From positions 7,848 to 71,847 of the forward strand of contig PKCS01000054.1 of assembly GCA_002862305.1 (NCBI GenBank): DNA of 64,000 nucleotides, in the 5' to 3' direction. The notes under the pieces are model-generated. The model ran no database searches, was not told the DNA's origin, and saw only the letters and a program-made list of their open reading frames with translations. The number at the start of each line of letters is the position of its first letter. The first letter of the stretch is position 1. A program made the translations under genes and the position numbers. This document shows positions 1 through 10,813 of this stretch, piece by piece. The stretch comes from Phycisphaerae bacterium. Its GTDB lineage: Bacteria; Planctomycetota; Phycisphaerae; Phycisphaerales; SM1A02.

Positions 1-780
1 CATGAGGATGCGATGCACGTCGGCGACCATGGATCCGATGTAGCGGCTCGAGTATCCGTTCTCATGGGCCCACTGGAGGTAGGTTCGGTACCCGGTGGGG
101 AACTGCTCGGCATAGGCCTCGTTGACCGAGTAGGTGTGATTGCCGGGGGGGATCTGCAGGCCGCTCTTGACGTGGAGGAACGACCCGATCGCCATGTCGA
201 GCACGAACATGTCGACCCCGTTTCCGGTGGTCAGCACCATGATGGTCGAGGATCCGTAGAGGATGTACCCGGCCGCGACCTGCTGGAGCCCCTTCTGGCA
301 GACGGTTCGCTCGGAATTCGCGATCTCGGAGTCGTTTCGAAGCACGGAGAAGATCGTGCCCACCCCCACCGCGATGTCGAGGTTGCTCGAGCCGTCGAGG
401 GGATCGAAGAGCACGCAGTACTTGCCTCCTTCGGAACCCGTCCTGAGGATCAGCGGCTCCTCGTCCTCCTCGGAGGCGATGACCGCGATGGAACCACGGC
501 TCCCGAGGCATCGGAGCAGCACCTCGTTCGCGATCACGTCGAGCTTCTGCTGGGTCTCGCCCTGGACGTTTTCGGTTCCGACGGAACCGAGCACGTCGTC
601 GAGCCGTGCTCGTCGCACCTTGTTGGCGATGGTCTTCCCCGCGAGGGAGATCGCCGAGATGATCCATGAGAAGTCCCCGGTGGCGTTGGGGAACAGGGTC
701 TCCTCGGCAAGCACGTGGGACTGCAGGGAGGCGAGGTTATCGGGTACCAGCGGGTGGTCCCGGGGCGCGTCATCCGTCAT
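1..780 (-). CDS. fbp: Fructose-1,6-bisphosphatase class 1 (partial; C-terminus cut by window start)
   Basis: Absent from the ORF track because the frame runs off the window. Reverse translation from ATG 780..778 gives MTDDAPRDHPLVPDNLASLQSHVLAEETLFPNATGDFSW...KYCVLFDPLDGSSNLDIAVGVGTIFSVL...GYILYGSSTIMVLTTGNGVDMFVLD...YSSRYIGSMVADVHRILM. These are class 1 FBPase hallmarks (DPLDGSSN metal site, RYIGSMVADVHR). Confidence 0.9.
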   Translation of the reverse strand, partial: MTDDAPRDHPLVPDNLASLQSHVLAEETLFPNATGDFSWIISAISLAGKTIANKVRRARLDDVLGSVGTENVQGETQQKLDVIANEVLLRCLGSRGSIAVIASEEDEEPLILRTGSEGGKYCVLFDPLDGSSNLDIAVGVGTIFSVLRNDSEIANSERTVCQKGLQQVAAGYILYGSSTIMVLTTGNGVDMFVLDMAIGSFLHVKSGLQIPPGNHTYSVNEAYAEQFPTGYRTYLQWAHENGYSSRYIGSMVADVHRILM

Positions 781-870
781 GCTGTCTATGTCGGCACTCT
801 GGCCGGTGCGCGTCCAACCGACGGGATCGGTATCATGGCGGACCCCCCTGAACCCCCGAGAGGCCACACG

Positions 871-2052
871 ATGAGCAACACCGAAACCGTCATTCTCGCC
901 GCCCGCAGAACCCCCATCGGCCGTTTCCTGGGCGGATTGAGCCGGGTCCCCGCCCCCGAGCTGGGGGCCTGCGCGATCACCGCCGCCCTGCAGGACGCCG
1001 GAGTGCCGGCCGAGTCGGTCGACGAGGTGTTCATGGGATGCGTCCTCCAGGCGGGGGTCGGGCAGAATCCCGCCAGGCAGGCGGCCCTGAAGGCGGGGAT
1101 CCCCCCCACCGTCACCGCGGTCACCGTCAACAAGGTCTGTGGCTCGGGACTCGAGTCGGTGATGCAGGCGACCCGGGCGATCCGATCCGGTGACGTCGAG
1201 GTCGCGGTGGCGGGCGGCATGGAGAACATGGACCTGGCTCCCCACTTCGTGCACGCGCGGACCGGGATCAAGTACGGACCCGGCACGCTGCAGGACCACA
1301 TGGCCTTCGACGGGCTGACCTGCGCCTTCGAGCAGTGGCCGATGGGCAACGCCGCGGAGTGGATCGCCGACGAACACGAGGTCACCCGAGAGGAACAGGA
1401 CCGCTTCAGCGCGCAGAGCCACAACCGGGCCGAGGCCGCGTGGGCGGCCGGTCAGTTCGCCGGCGAGGTGGTCCCGATGAGTGCCGAAGCCTGCCATGCC
1501 AAGGCGGGCCTCGACTGCGACGAGGGGTTCCGGCCGGGGTCGACCCCCGAGGCCCTCGGGAAGCTGCGTCCGGCGTTCACCAAGGACGGATCGGTCACCG
1601 CGGGGAACGCCTCGCAGATCTCCGATGGAGGCGCGGCGGTGGTGGTGTCAAGTGCCGAGGCGGCGGCGGCGAACGGCGCCACCCCCCTCGCCCGGATCGT
1701 CGGGTACAACACCGCGGGCATCGAGCCGAAGAAGCTGTTCTGGGCTCCGAAGCTCGGGGTCGAGCGCCTGATGGCCGACCACGGGCTGACCGTGGACGAC
1801 GTCGACCTCTTCGAGATCAACGAGGCCTTCGCGGCCCAGGTGCTGGCCAACGCCAAGGGGCTCGGGGTGCCGGAGGACAAGCTGAACATCTGCGGTGGCG
1901 GCATCGCCCTCGGGCACCCGATCGGGGCCAGCGGGGCGCGGGTCCTGGTGACCCTGGTCCACCAGTTGATCCGGACCGGTGGTCGGAGGGGAATCTGCAG
2001 CCTGTGCCTGGGTGGCGGCAACGCGGTCTCGATGCTGATCGAGCGGGACTGA
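871..2052 (+). CDS. Acetyl-CoA C-acetyltransferase (thiolase II)
   Basis: ORF 715..2052; the conserved N-terminus starts at ATG 871 (MSNTETVILAARRTPIGRF). Motifs: NKVCGSGL (nucleophilic Cys), GNASQISDGGAA, NICGGGIALGHPIGASGARV, CLGGGNAVSMLIE. Confidence 0.92.
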   Translation: MSNTETVILAARRTPIGRFLGGLSRVPAPELGACAITAALQDAGVPAESVDEVFMGCVLQAGVGQNPARQAALKAGIPPTVTAVTVNKVCGSGLESVMQATRAIRSGDVEVAVAGGMENMDLAPHFVHARTGIKYGPGTLQDHMAFDGLTCAFEQWPMGNAAEWIADEHEVTREEQDRFSAQSHNRAEAAWAAGQFAGEVVPMSAEACHAKAGLDCDEGFRPGSTPEALGKLRPAFTKDGSVTAGNASQISDGGAAVVVSSAEAAAANGATPLARIVGYNTAGIEPKKLFWAPKLGVERLMADHGLTVDDVDLFEINEAFAAQVLANAKGLGVPEDKLNICGGGIALGHPIGASGARVLVTLVHQLIRTGGRRGICSLCLGGGNAVSMLIERD

Positions 2053-2055
2053 GCC

Positions 2056-3918
2056 TCAGCCGAGTCCCTCGACCATGACCTCGTCGGCGCGCTCCCCGGT
2101 CTGGACCCGCCAGAGCTGGGCGTAGATCCCGTCCAGCGCCAGCAGCTCCTCGTGGGTGCCACGCTCCACGACCCTGCCGGCATCGAGGACGTTGATCGAG
2201 CGCGCATGCCGTACCGTCGACAGCCGATGGGCGATCACGATGGTGGTCCGATCCCGGCAGATCGTGCGAAGGGAGCGCTGGATGGCGGCCTCGGTCTCGT
2301 TGTCCACGCTGGCGGTCGCCTCGTCGAGCACGAGGATCGGGGCATCCTTCAGGACCGCACGGGCCATGGCGATCCGTTGCCGCTGCCCACCCGAGAGCTT
2401 CTGCCCACGCTCCCCGACCACGGTGTCGTAGCCATCCGGGAGTGAACGGATGAAGTCATGGGCCTCGGCCAGGCGTGCCGCATCGAAGAGTTGCTCGTCG
2501 GATGGCGGTTCCCAGTGGTCGGGATTCCGGTCGGAGCCCGGCCAGCCGTAGGCGAGGTTCTCCCGGATCGTGCCGTCGAAGAGGTACACGTCCTGGCTGA
2601 CCAGGGCGATCGCCCGACGGAGCTGTCGGAGCTTGAGCGTCCGCAGGTCGTGGCCGTCGAGCCGGACGGGACCGGAGACGTCCGGGTCGACGTCGTAGAA
2701 CCTGAGCAGCATCTTGATCACGGTGCTCTTGCCTGCACCGGTCGAACCGACGATCGCGGTGGTCGCCCCCGTGGGACACTCGAGGTCGAGTCCGCGAAGG
2801 ACCGGAGCCTTCGGGTCGTAGGCGAAGTGGACGTTGTCGAAGGTGACCGACCCGCGGACCGACGCCAGAGGGAGTTCCCGGGAGCCATCGACGATGCCGG
2901 GTCGGACATCGAGCAACTCGAAGATGCGTCGAGTCGAGGCCATCGCCCGCTGGTAGAGATCGAGGATCGAACCGACGCGGGTGAAGGGCCAGAGCAGTCG
3001 CTGGGTCAGGAAGACCAGCAGCGCGAAGGCGCCCACGGCGAGGGTCCCCTCCAGCGCCAGCCAGCCTCCGTAGAGCAGGGTCACCATGAACCCGCACATG
3101 ATCACCACCCTGATCAGGGGGCTGAAGGCGGCGCTGAGGATGATCGCCCTTCGGTTGCGGTCCGCGTACCCCTCGCTCTCGTTGCGAAGTCGACCTGATT
3201 CGTTCGTCTCGGCGGTGAAGCTCTTGACCGTCGCCATGCCACCGAGCGAATTCGCCAGCTGGGCGTTGAGGTCCCCCACCTTGCCGCGCATGGCGTCGTA
3301 GTGCGGCTCGAGCCGCTTCTGGAACCAGAGGGAGCCCGCGATCACGATCGGGACCGGGATCATCGCCAGCCATGCAAGGTCCGGCGAGATCAGGAAGAAC
3401 GCGGCGATGACGGTGATCGCGGTGACCGCGAGCTGGATGATGTCGTTGGCCCCCCCGTCCAGGAATCGCTCCAGCTGGTTGACGTCGTCGGAGAGGATCG
3501 CGAGCAGCCGTCCGGTCGAACGGTCCTCGAACCAGGTGAGGTCGAGGCCCTGGACGTGGTCGAAGACGTCCATGCGGGCCTCGTGCTGGATCGCCTGGGC
3601 GAGGTGCCGCCAGAGCACCCCGAGGAGCCACTCGAAGACCGATTCGAAGATCCAGATGATCGCGGTGAGGACCCCCAGGAGGAGTAGCTGCATGAAGGGA
3701 TCGGAGATCCCCAGTCGGGCGACCACGGAATCCTGCTTCTGGACGACCACGTCCACTGCCGCCCCGATGATGAAGGGCGGTGCGAGGTCGAAGAGCTTGT
3801 TCAGGACCGAACAGGCCGTGGCCAGAAGGATCCGCGTGCGGAAGGGCGCCGCATAGCGAAGGAGCCTGATGAGTGGGGTGCCGACCATGTCCGGATGAGC
3901 TCTCCTGTGGGCGTTCAT
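2056..3918 (-). CDS. ABC exporter, fused permease/ATPase (MsbA-like type I exporter; substrate unknown)
   Basis: N-terminal multi-TM domain followed by an NBD with Walker [10 protein letters not shown], signature [14 protein letters not shown], Walker [13 protein letters not shown] and H-loop IVIAHRL. Start is ATG 3918 or 3888. Confidence 0.9.
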   Translation of the reverse strand: MNAHRRAHPDMVGTPLIRLLRYAAPFRTRILLATACSVLNKLFDLAPPFIIGAAVDVVVQKQDSVVARLGISDPFMQLLLLGVLTAIIWIFESVFEWLLGVLWRHLAQAIQHEARMDVFDHVQGLDLTWFEDRSTGRLLAILSDDVNQLERFLDGGANDIIQLAVTAITVIAAFFLISPDLAWLAMIPVPIVIAGSLWFQKRLEPHYDAMRGKVGDLNAQLANSLGGMATVKSFTAETNESGRLRNESEGYADRNRRAIILSAAFSPLIRVVIMCGFMVTLLYGGWLALEGTLAVGAFALLVFLTQRLLWPFTRVGSILDLYQRAMASTRRIFELLDVRPGIVDGSRELPLASVRGSVTFDNVHFAYDPKAPVLRGLDLECPTGATTAIVGSTGAGKSTVIKMLLRFYDVDPDVSGPVRLDGHDLRTLKLRQLRRAIALVSQDVYLFDGTIRENLAYGWPGSDRNPDHWEPPSDEQLFDAARLAEAHDFIRSLPDGYDTVVGERGQKLSGGQRQRIAMARAVLKDAPILVLDEATASVDNETEAAIQRSLRTICRDRTTIVIAHRLSTVRHARSINVLDAGRVVERGTHEELLALDGIYAQLWRVQTGERADEVMVEGLG

Positions 3919-4100
3919 GGTATCGACAGAACGTCGTGTCGCCGAAGTGGATGTGCAAATGAAAACGGGCCGGATGAGGTGGATTCGCGGTTATGTGTTG
4001 GAATTGGAGGCATGTTCAACTACCCTTCCCCCGGGCCGGCAGTTGGTGAATCCGGGTACGGAACCGGGCCACAACGGAAACCCAACGAAGGGAGCACGGC

Positions 4101-5180
4101 ATGAAGGAAATCATCCAGGTCCGCGGGGAGCAGGCACACGCGATCCTCGGACTGCTGAAGCAAGTCGCGACGTCCGATGGTGCCTTCGCGCTTCACGAGA
4201 TCCACCGCGAGACCCTCCACGCGATGGCGGAGCACCTGTTCCAGGTCACGGACTTCGATCCCGATGCGGAGCATCCGCCGATCAAGGCCGCGAAGGAGGT
4301 CGCCGGGACCGAGGAACTTCGGCAGCAGGTCATGAACATGGCGGGCATCCTCCCCTTCCTCGAGGAGGAGCACCTCCAGGAGCGGATCGACGCGGTGGGA
4401 CGGCTCGGGGAGGCGTTCGGCTACGATCGGAAGTTCACCAAGCGGCTCCACCAGCTCTCGCACGAGGCGATCCTCGGACTGGCGATCTGCCTCAATCGCG
4501 CACTGTCCCTCGAGGTCGGCAACCACCTCTGGAAGGGGCTGTACAAGCTGGCGGAGAGCGCGGTGCACCTGGACGGGGACAAGCGCATGCTCGAGCGATT
4601 CACCGGGTACCGCGACCTCGACACGTCGACCTTCGGCCGAACGCTGATCAGCTACTACGACGACAACGACTTCCCGCTCCCCGGCACCCCGGGTGCCTTC
4701 TTCTCGAACTCGCTGTGGACGCACGACATCCACCACGTGCTCTCCGGGTACCCGACCACCCCGCTCGGGGAGACCTGCGTGCTGGCGTTCGACGGAGGGA
4801 TGATGGACCTCGACATGGGCAAGGCGCTGATCGCCTACACCGCGCAGTTCCAGATCGGGATCCAGTTCGACAAGGGGCTGAGGACCTGGAAGAACCAGTT
4901 CAAGCCGGACGTCGTGATGCGGGCGTTCGAGCGAGGCGGGAACTGCTCGGTCGACTACATCCAGTACGACTTCGACTTCGGCGACCGCTTCACGAGATCC
5001 CTCGCGGAGGTACGCGCCGAATTCGGGATCGACCCGGAAGGTGCCCTGGTCTCCGCCCCCGGGGACAAGTGGTGCGGGGACATGGGGATCGTGGGGATGC
5101 GGGACGACGATCCGGACATCATCGAGCGGAAGAAGAGCCTCCTGGAACGGATGCTTGCCGGCAAGAACACCAAGCAGTGA
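4101..5180 (+). CDS. Coq4-motif domain protein (function unknown), with an N-terminal helical domain
   Basis: 359-aa ORF with a GGGAG Shine-Dalgarno upstream. It contains THDIHHVLSGYPTTPLGE, which fits the Coq4-family HDxxH-x11-E zinc-ligand motif. The N-terminal ~190 aa are helical (LLKQVATSDGAFALHEIHRETL..., possibly TerB-like). Confidence 0.6.
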   Translation: MKEIIQVRGEQAHAILGLLKQVATSDGAFALHEIHRETLHAMAEHLFQVTDFDPDAEHPPIKAAKEVAGTEELRQQVMNMAGILPFLEEEHLQERIDAVGRLGEAFGYDRKFTKRLHQLSHEAILGLAICLNRALSLEVGNHLWKGLYKLAESAVHLDGDKRMLERFTGYRDLDTSTFGRTLISYYDDNDFPLPGTPGAFFSNSLWTHDIHHVLSGYPTTPLGETCVLAFDGGMMDLDMGKALIAYTAQFQIGIQFDKGLRTWKNQFKPDVVMRAFERGGNCSVDYIQYDFDFGDRFTRSLAEVRAEFGIDPEGALVSAPGDKWCGDMGIVGMRDDDPDIIERKKSLLERMLAGKNTKQ

Positions 5181-5222
5181 AAAAACACACCGGGAGGAGC
5201 CAGTGGCTCCTCCCGGTGTCGT
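5180..5222 (-). terminator. Intrinsic terminator downstream of ahcY; the hairpin is shared with the convergent Coq4-like gene
   Basis: Stem ACACCGGGAGGAGCC / GGCTCCTCCCGGTGT with a 4-nt loop. On the minus strand it is followed by TGTTTTTTC. It sits in the 60-nt gap between two convergent stop codons. Confidence 0.65.
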
Positions 5223-5240
5223 GTGCCATGTTCGGCGGGT

Positions 5241-6710
<1,470 letters not shown>

Positions 6711-6821
6711 GAAGGTGTTTGATTCAGTGGCGGGCACGGTCGGTTCCTCACAAGGGATGTTGGTGGGGGGTAGCCTTGGAAACTCGGCTTTGCTTAATCC
6801 AAATATCCGGATGAATGGATA

Positions 6822-6850
6822 ATCATACCCCATTGGACAGTACCTGACAA
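6822..6850 (-). promoter_or_regulatory. Sigma70-like promoter for ahcY
   Basis: The minus strand reads TTGTCA-N17-TATGAT (-35 at 6850..6845, -10 at 6827..6822) in an AT-richer divergent intergenic region. This predicts a ~105-nt leader. Confidence 0.4.
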
Positions 6851-6920
6851 GTACGACCTCGAGATTGAAAGTCCGATAGGCTCAGGAAGTCCATTCACCC
6901 CCCCCGAAAGGCCCTGACGC

Positions 6921-7754
6921 GTGATTGCCCACTCCCCACCCTACCGAACCTGGCTTGCGCTGCTGCTGGCGGCAGTGGCGCTGGCTGGCTGCCAGGCCAC
7001 CCCGGGGGGAGTGGCACCACGGGATCCAGGCACCGCACGATCCACCAGGTCACCGGAAGCCGAGCACTGCGCACTCAGCAGCCGACCATTGGATTCCGAT
7101 CCCGCGGTCAGGCTGTTCGCGGGCGAGACGGTCAGGTTCCGCAGTGAGTTCGAGGCGACCACCTTCGACAACCTTCCGGGGGAGCGGAAGCGTGTGATCG
7201 CGGGACGGCAGGTACTCGCTCGACAGGGCGTGGCCAACTCGAACTGCCCGGTCACGCAGGATCCACTGCCGATCAACGCCCCGGTCATGGAGTTCAAGGG
7301 CGTGTCGCTGGGATTCGTCTCGGAGGACCAGAGCACCCGGTTCCGTGACCTTCCGGAGGACATCCAGCTCCGGATGGTCGCACGCTACCTGCTGAAGGCG
7401 GAGGGCATCCCCAACGAGCGATGCCCGATCAGCGGTTCGGTGCTGCTGCCGGGCGCTCCCACCCTGACGGTCGACGGCGAACGACGCATCGCCTTCGCGG
7501 ACCAGAAGAGCATGGACACCTTCCGGACCATGGCACCCGGCCGGAGGAACGAGATCACCGCCAGGATCCTCCTCCCCGAGCGAGGGATCAGCAACATCAA
7601 CTGCCCCATGACCGGTCGTCCGATCCGGATGGATTCACCGGTGGTCAAGGTCGCGGGACGCTGGGTCGCCCTGCGCAACGTGGAGGCCGCGCGTTCCTTC
7701 AACGAACTGAGTCCCGAATCCCAGCAGTCCCTGGCGTTCGCCGAGGAGTGGTGA
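6921..7754 (+). CDS. Lipoprotein built from four ~60-aa YHS-like repeats (function unknown)
   Basis: GTG start; signal peptide plus lipobox LLLAAVALAGC. The repeats are EHCALSSRPL...RFRSEFEATTFDNLP, NSNCPVTQDPLP...GFVSEDQSTRFRDLP, NERCPISGSVLL...AFADQKSMDTFRTM and NINCPMTGRPIR...ALRNVEAARSFNEL. Confidence 0.7.
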   Translation: MIAHSPPYRTWLALLLAAVALAGCQATPGGVAPRDPGTARSTRSPEAEHCALSSRPLDSDPAVRLFAGETVRFRSEFEATTFDNLPGERKRVIAGRQVLARQGVANSNCPVTQDPLPINAPVMEFKGVSLGFVSEDQSTRFRDLPEDIQLRMVARYLLKAEGIPNERCPISGSVLLPGAPTLTVDGERRIAFADQKSMDTFRTMAPGRRNEITARILLPERGISNINCPMTGRPIRMDSPVVKVAGRWVALRNVEAARSFNELSPESQQSLAFAEEW

Positions 7755-7860
7755 CGCCGTCATCGGCCCGGGATCGGGGGTTTCCCTTGCCGGATGATGC
7801 GGGCAGGGGCTACCCTCGGTTGGTCCGTCACCCGGAGACCCACCAGACGAGGAGCCCACC

Positions 7861-8586
7861 ATGCACCGCGGAGCCATCGAGACCGTCCTGTCCAGAATCC
7901 TCATGGCGCTTTCCGTCCTCGCGGGCGGTGGCGTCGTCCACGGCGATGCCCCCCCCACCAGGGTCGGGGAGGCCTACCCGCTCGGGGTCTGCGCGGTCAG
8001 CGGCAACCCGCTCGGGGAGGGCATGGTGGTGGTGGTCCTCTCGGACATGCCGAGCGAGACCCTCGAGGGCCGGGAGGTCCGCTTCTGCTGCGAGGGTTGC
8101 GTGGCTCGATTCAAGGCCGACCCGATGGCCGCGGCGCGAAAGCTCGACGAGATGATCATCGCCGACCAGCTGTCGGTCTACCCCGATGGCACCTGCATCG
8201 TCATGGAAAACGAGCGGATGTTCGACCCGCGAGGCCCCAAGGCGGACCGGGACATCAATCGAGTGCTCGGGAACCGTCTCTATCGGTTCTGCTGCAAGGC
8301 ATGCATCCGCCGCTTCAAGAAGGCCCCGGAGCCCTACGTCACGCTGCTCGACGAGCGGATCACCCAGGCCCAGTCCAAGGGCTACCCGCTGTCGGTCTGC
8401 GTGATCAGCGGACGTCCCCTCGGCGAGGCGCCCGTGGAGGTGGTGGTCGCCAATCGCCTGGTCCGGACCTGCTGCAAGGACTGCGCGACGTCGGTTCGGA
8501 GCAATCCCGCCCCCGCGATCGCGAAGCTCGGCGGGAAGGAACCGGATGACCGCCCGGCCGAGGCCGAGGGGACCGAGGGCGCCTGA
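7861..8586 (+). CDS. Secreted Cys-rich protein with three YHS/TRASH-like repeats (function unknown)
   Basis: Signal peptide MHRGAIETVLSRILMALSVLAGGGVVHG. Three modules follow the pattern YP-x-x-x-C-x-x-S/E-x...R-x-CC-x-x-C-x-x-x-F/V-x-x-x-P: VCAVSGNPLGE...VRFCCEGCVARFKADP; TCIVMENERMF...YRFCCKACIRRFKKAP; VCVISGRPLGE...VRTCCKDCATSVRSNP. Confidence 0.7.
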   Translation: MHRGAIETVLSRILMALSVLAGGGVVHGDAPPTRVGEAYPLGVCAVSGNPLGEGMVVVVLSDMPSETLEGREVRFCCEGCVARFKADPMAAARKLDEMIIADQLSVYPDGTCIVMENERMFDPRGPKADRDINRVLGNRLYRFCCKACIRRFKKAPEPYVTLLDERITQAQSKGYPLSVCVISGRPLGEAPVEVVVANRLVRTCCKDCATSVRSNPAPAIAKLGGKEPDDRPAEAEGTEGA

Positions 8587-9552
8587 TCAGTCGGGGTCGG
8601 CGGGGTTGGAGAGCATCGCGGAGAAGAGGTCGGGCCCACGCCCGCTCAGCGGCGCGTGCAGCCGGCGGAAGCGCTTGAGCTCCATTCCGCCACCGGACGC
8701 CAGCGACTGGACCTCGTCCCGGCCGAAGCCGAGGTGGACGTGTCCCATCGCCTCCACGAGGTCACGTCGGTCATGGGACATCATGTCGACGATGATCAAC
8801 CGCCCCCCGGGTCGGAGGACCCGCCGGACCTCGCGGACGATGGCCTGGGGGTCCTGCTGGTGGTGGAGCACCAGCATCAGGATTGCGGCGTCGAGAGTCC
8901 CGGCCTCGATGGGGAGGGCATCGAGTTCCGCGCTCACGAATTCGACGTTGTCGAAGGCCTCGAGTCGCTTCCGCGCGGCGTCGAGCATCGCCGGCTCGCG
9001 ATCGATCGCGAACACCCGGTGCACCACCGGGGCCAGCCGCTCGCTGGCGTCCCCGGTACCGCATCCGAGATCGGCGACCGTCCATCCCCCGGGAAGCAGC
9101 CCCAGGAGCGCCTCCTCGGTGAATCCGGTGCCGAAGAGCTCACGGCGGATCATGTGCCAGTCGGATCCGACCCGACCGAAGAAGGAGACCTTCTCGGAAC
9201 GGCGTTCGAGGACCACCTGGCGGAGGCGGATCGCGTCGTCCTTGAACTCCCCCTCCTCCCGAAGCCGGGAGGAGGTGTGCTGCCAGAGGTCGTGCAGGTC
9301 CCCCTCGACCTCCTGCATTCGGTAGAGACTGGCCGTCCCCTCGGTGCGCTTGTTCAGGAGCCCGAGCTCGAAGAGCATCTTGAGGTGGCGGCTGACCGTC
9401 GACTGCGGCATGGCCAGCACCCGCGCCAGCTCCCCCACCCCGAGTTCCTGCTGCTCCAGCAGGCACAGGAGGCGGACCCGGGAGCGGTCGCTCAGGACCG
9501 AAAGGGTCGACAGCCAATCCTCACCGGCTGATGGATTGTTCTCGCGGTCCAT
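8587..9552 (-). CDS. ArsR/SmtB-family HTH regulator fused to a class I SAM-dependent methyltransferase
   Basis: N-terminal winged HTH LSDRSRVRLLCLLEQQELGVGELARVLAMPQSTVSRHLKMLFELGLLNKR. C-terminal methyltransferase motif I VADLGCGTGD, then RPGGRLIIVD. Its stop abuts the convergent upstream gene (TGATCA). Confidence 0.85.
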   Translation of the reverse strand: MDRENNPSAGEDWLSTLSVLSDRSRVRLLCLLEQQELGVGELARVLAMPQSTVSRHLKMLFELGLLNKRTEGTASLYRMQEVEGDLHDLWQHTSSRLREEGEFKDDAIRLRQVVLERRSEKVSFFGRVGSDWHMIRRELFGTGFTEEALLGLLPGGWTVADLGCGTGDASERLAPVVHRVFAIDREPAMLDAARKRLEAFDNVEFVSAELDALPIEAGTLDAAILMLVLHHQQDPQAIVREVRRVLRPGGRLIIVDMMSHDRRDLVEAMGHVHLGFGRDEVQSLASGGGMELKRFRRLHAPLSGRGPDLFSAMLSNPADPD

Positions 9553-9606
9553 GACGTGGATGGCTCCTGGTCGTGCAGGCGGGCCGCCGGGGCGCGACTG
9601 GCCGCG

Positions 9607-10278
9607 TCAGCGGCCGGGCGCGAGGCCGAGGGTAGGGCCGGGGATCTCGCCGTACTCAACGAGCATGACGTTGACGGCCTCGTCGTCGGGGGCGATCGCG
9701 TAGGCCTGGCGTAGCCGGCGGATCGCCTCGTCGGTCTGCCCCACCCTGCCCAGCAGGACCGCCGCGCGATAGTAGGGCAGGTAGGTGCTGCCATCCTCGA
9801 TCGCGCAGGCGTTGGAGAGCGCCTCCATCGCGGTGTCGAAGTCATCCAGCTTCTCGGCGTAGTCGGCCATGACCAGCCAGGTGTCGACGCTCCGGTTGTC
9901 ACGAGCACGATCGCGGAGCATCGTGAAGAGGCGGGTGTACTGCTTCTTGTTGAACAGGGCCTCGGCGAGGGCGTAGGTGATCGCATCGTCCCGGGGATCG
10001 AGGGACTGGGCGATCTCGAGGGCCGATTCGGCCTTGCTGTAGTCGCCGAGCTCCAGCTGGCAGAGCCCGTAGCGGTACTGGATCGGACCCTCGTGCGGTT
10101 CCCGGGCCAGCACCTCCTCGTACTTGGCCGCGGCGTCCGACCACTGCCCGTAATCGAAACTGCGATCCGCCTGCTTGAGGAGCTGAACGGTGGGAACCTT
10201 CTGGGGCGTGCAGCCGGTGGTGACGCAGGTTCCGATGGTGAGCAGGATGATTCCGAGGATGGTGGGTGCTGGACGCAT
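9607..10278 (-). CDS. TPR-repeat lipoprotein
   Basis: Preferred start is ATG 10278 (MRPAPTILGIILLTIGTCVTTGC, with lipobox). TPR-like helical repeats follow (WSDAAAKYEEVLAREP, GDYSKAESALEIAQSLDP, GQTDEAIRRLRQAYAIAP). Confidence 0.8.
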   Translation of the reverse strand: MRPAPTILGIILLTIGTCVTTGCTPQKVPTVQLLKQADRSFDYGQWSDAAAKYEEVLAREPHEGPIQYRYGLCQLELGDYSKAESALEIAQSLDPRDDAITYALAEALFNKKQYTRLFTMLRDRARDNRSVDTWLVMADYAEKLDDFDTAMEALSNACAIEDGSTYLPYYRAAVLLGRVGQTDEAIRRLRQAYAIAPDDEAVNVMLVEYGEIPGPTLGLAPGR

Positions 10279-10396
10279 GCGTCGCTCGCTCCGGGGCTGG
10301 GGTCGGGATTGACATGAGGATGACTGGATGATCATATCGAAGTGGGGCCGGTACGGAGAGCAACCGGGGATTCATCCACCAAGGAGCCGCGGGATC

Positions 10397-10813
10397 ATGT
10401 CTGAAACGGGTCGGATCAGCCTCTGCCGGCATGAAATCCCCGGGGAACCAGTGCATTTCGACCTGTTCCTGGGTCCCGGGGGCGACGTCGACCCGGACGC
10501 ACGGGTGCTCAGGACCTGGCGTCTGCCGGGGGATCCGAGCGGACTCGCCGTCGGGGAGGCGCTGGAGGTCACTCGCCTCGGGGCACATCGAGGCGCCTAC
10601 CTCCACCTCGAGGGACCGACCGTGCCGAAGTCGGCCCCGGGGATCGTGTCCCCCGTCCGGAGGGGGACCTGCACCATCCGGGAGGAGGCGGGTGGCAGGC
10701 TGTTCCTCACGATAGACTGGGGCGATGGCGGGGAGGTCGGGCTGGAACTGACCGACGATCGGCTCCGGCGATCGGAAACGGGAGGCGACGACGATGAGCC
10801 GAGGAGGTCGTGA
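10397..10813 (+). CDS. Small protein resembling the LigD 3'-phosphoesterase (LigD_N) fold; function unknown
   Basis: HFDLFLGP...RVLRTWRLPGDPSGL...LEVTRLGAHRGAYLHLEGP parallels the LigD-PE pattern HYDLRLE...SWAVPKGPS...VEDHPLxYxxFEG. Preferred start is ATG 10397. Its stop is directly adjacent to the next gene's ATG. Confidence 0.45.
   Translation: MSETGRISLCRHEIPGEPVHFDLFLGPGGDVDPDARVLRTWRLPGDPSGLAVGEALEVTRLGAHRGAYLHLEGPTVPKSAPGIVSPVRRGTCTIREEAGGRLFLTIDWGDGGEVGLELTDDRLRRSETGGDDDEPRRS

Noticed and set aside
13-669. The 218-aa plus-strand and 201-aa minus-strand ORFs (62..667) listed at the window start
   Set aside because: Both overlap the unlisted but clearly homologous fbp frame (1..780, minus strand) and have low-complexity translations.
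6711-6821. SAH riboswitch in the ahcY leader
   Set aside because: The ~105-nt leader lacks the conserved GCGCUC / AGGCUCGG-type elements of the SAH riboswitch as far as I can see.
6711-6833. N-terminal 41-codon extension of ahcY given in the ORF track
   Set aside because: AhcY homology starts at ATG 6710. The extension is AT-richer and runs across the predicted -10/-35 elements.
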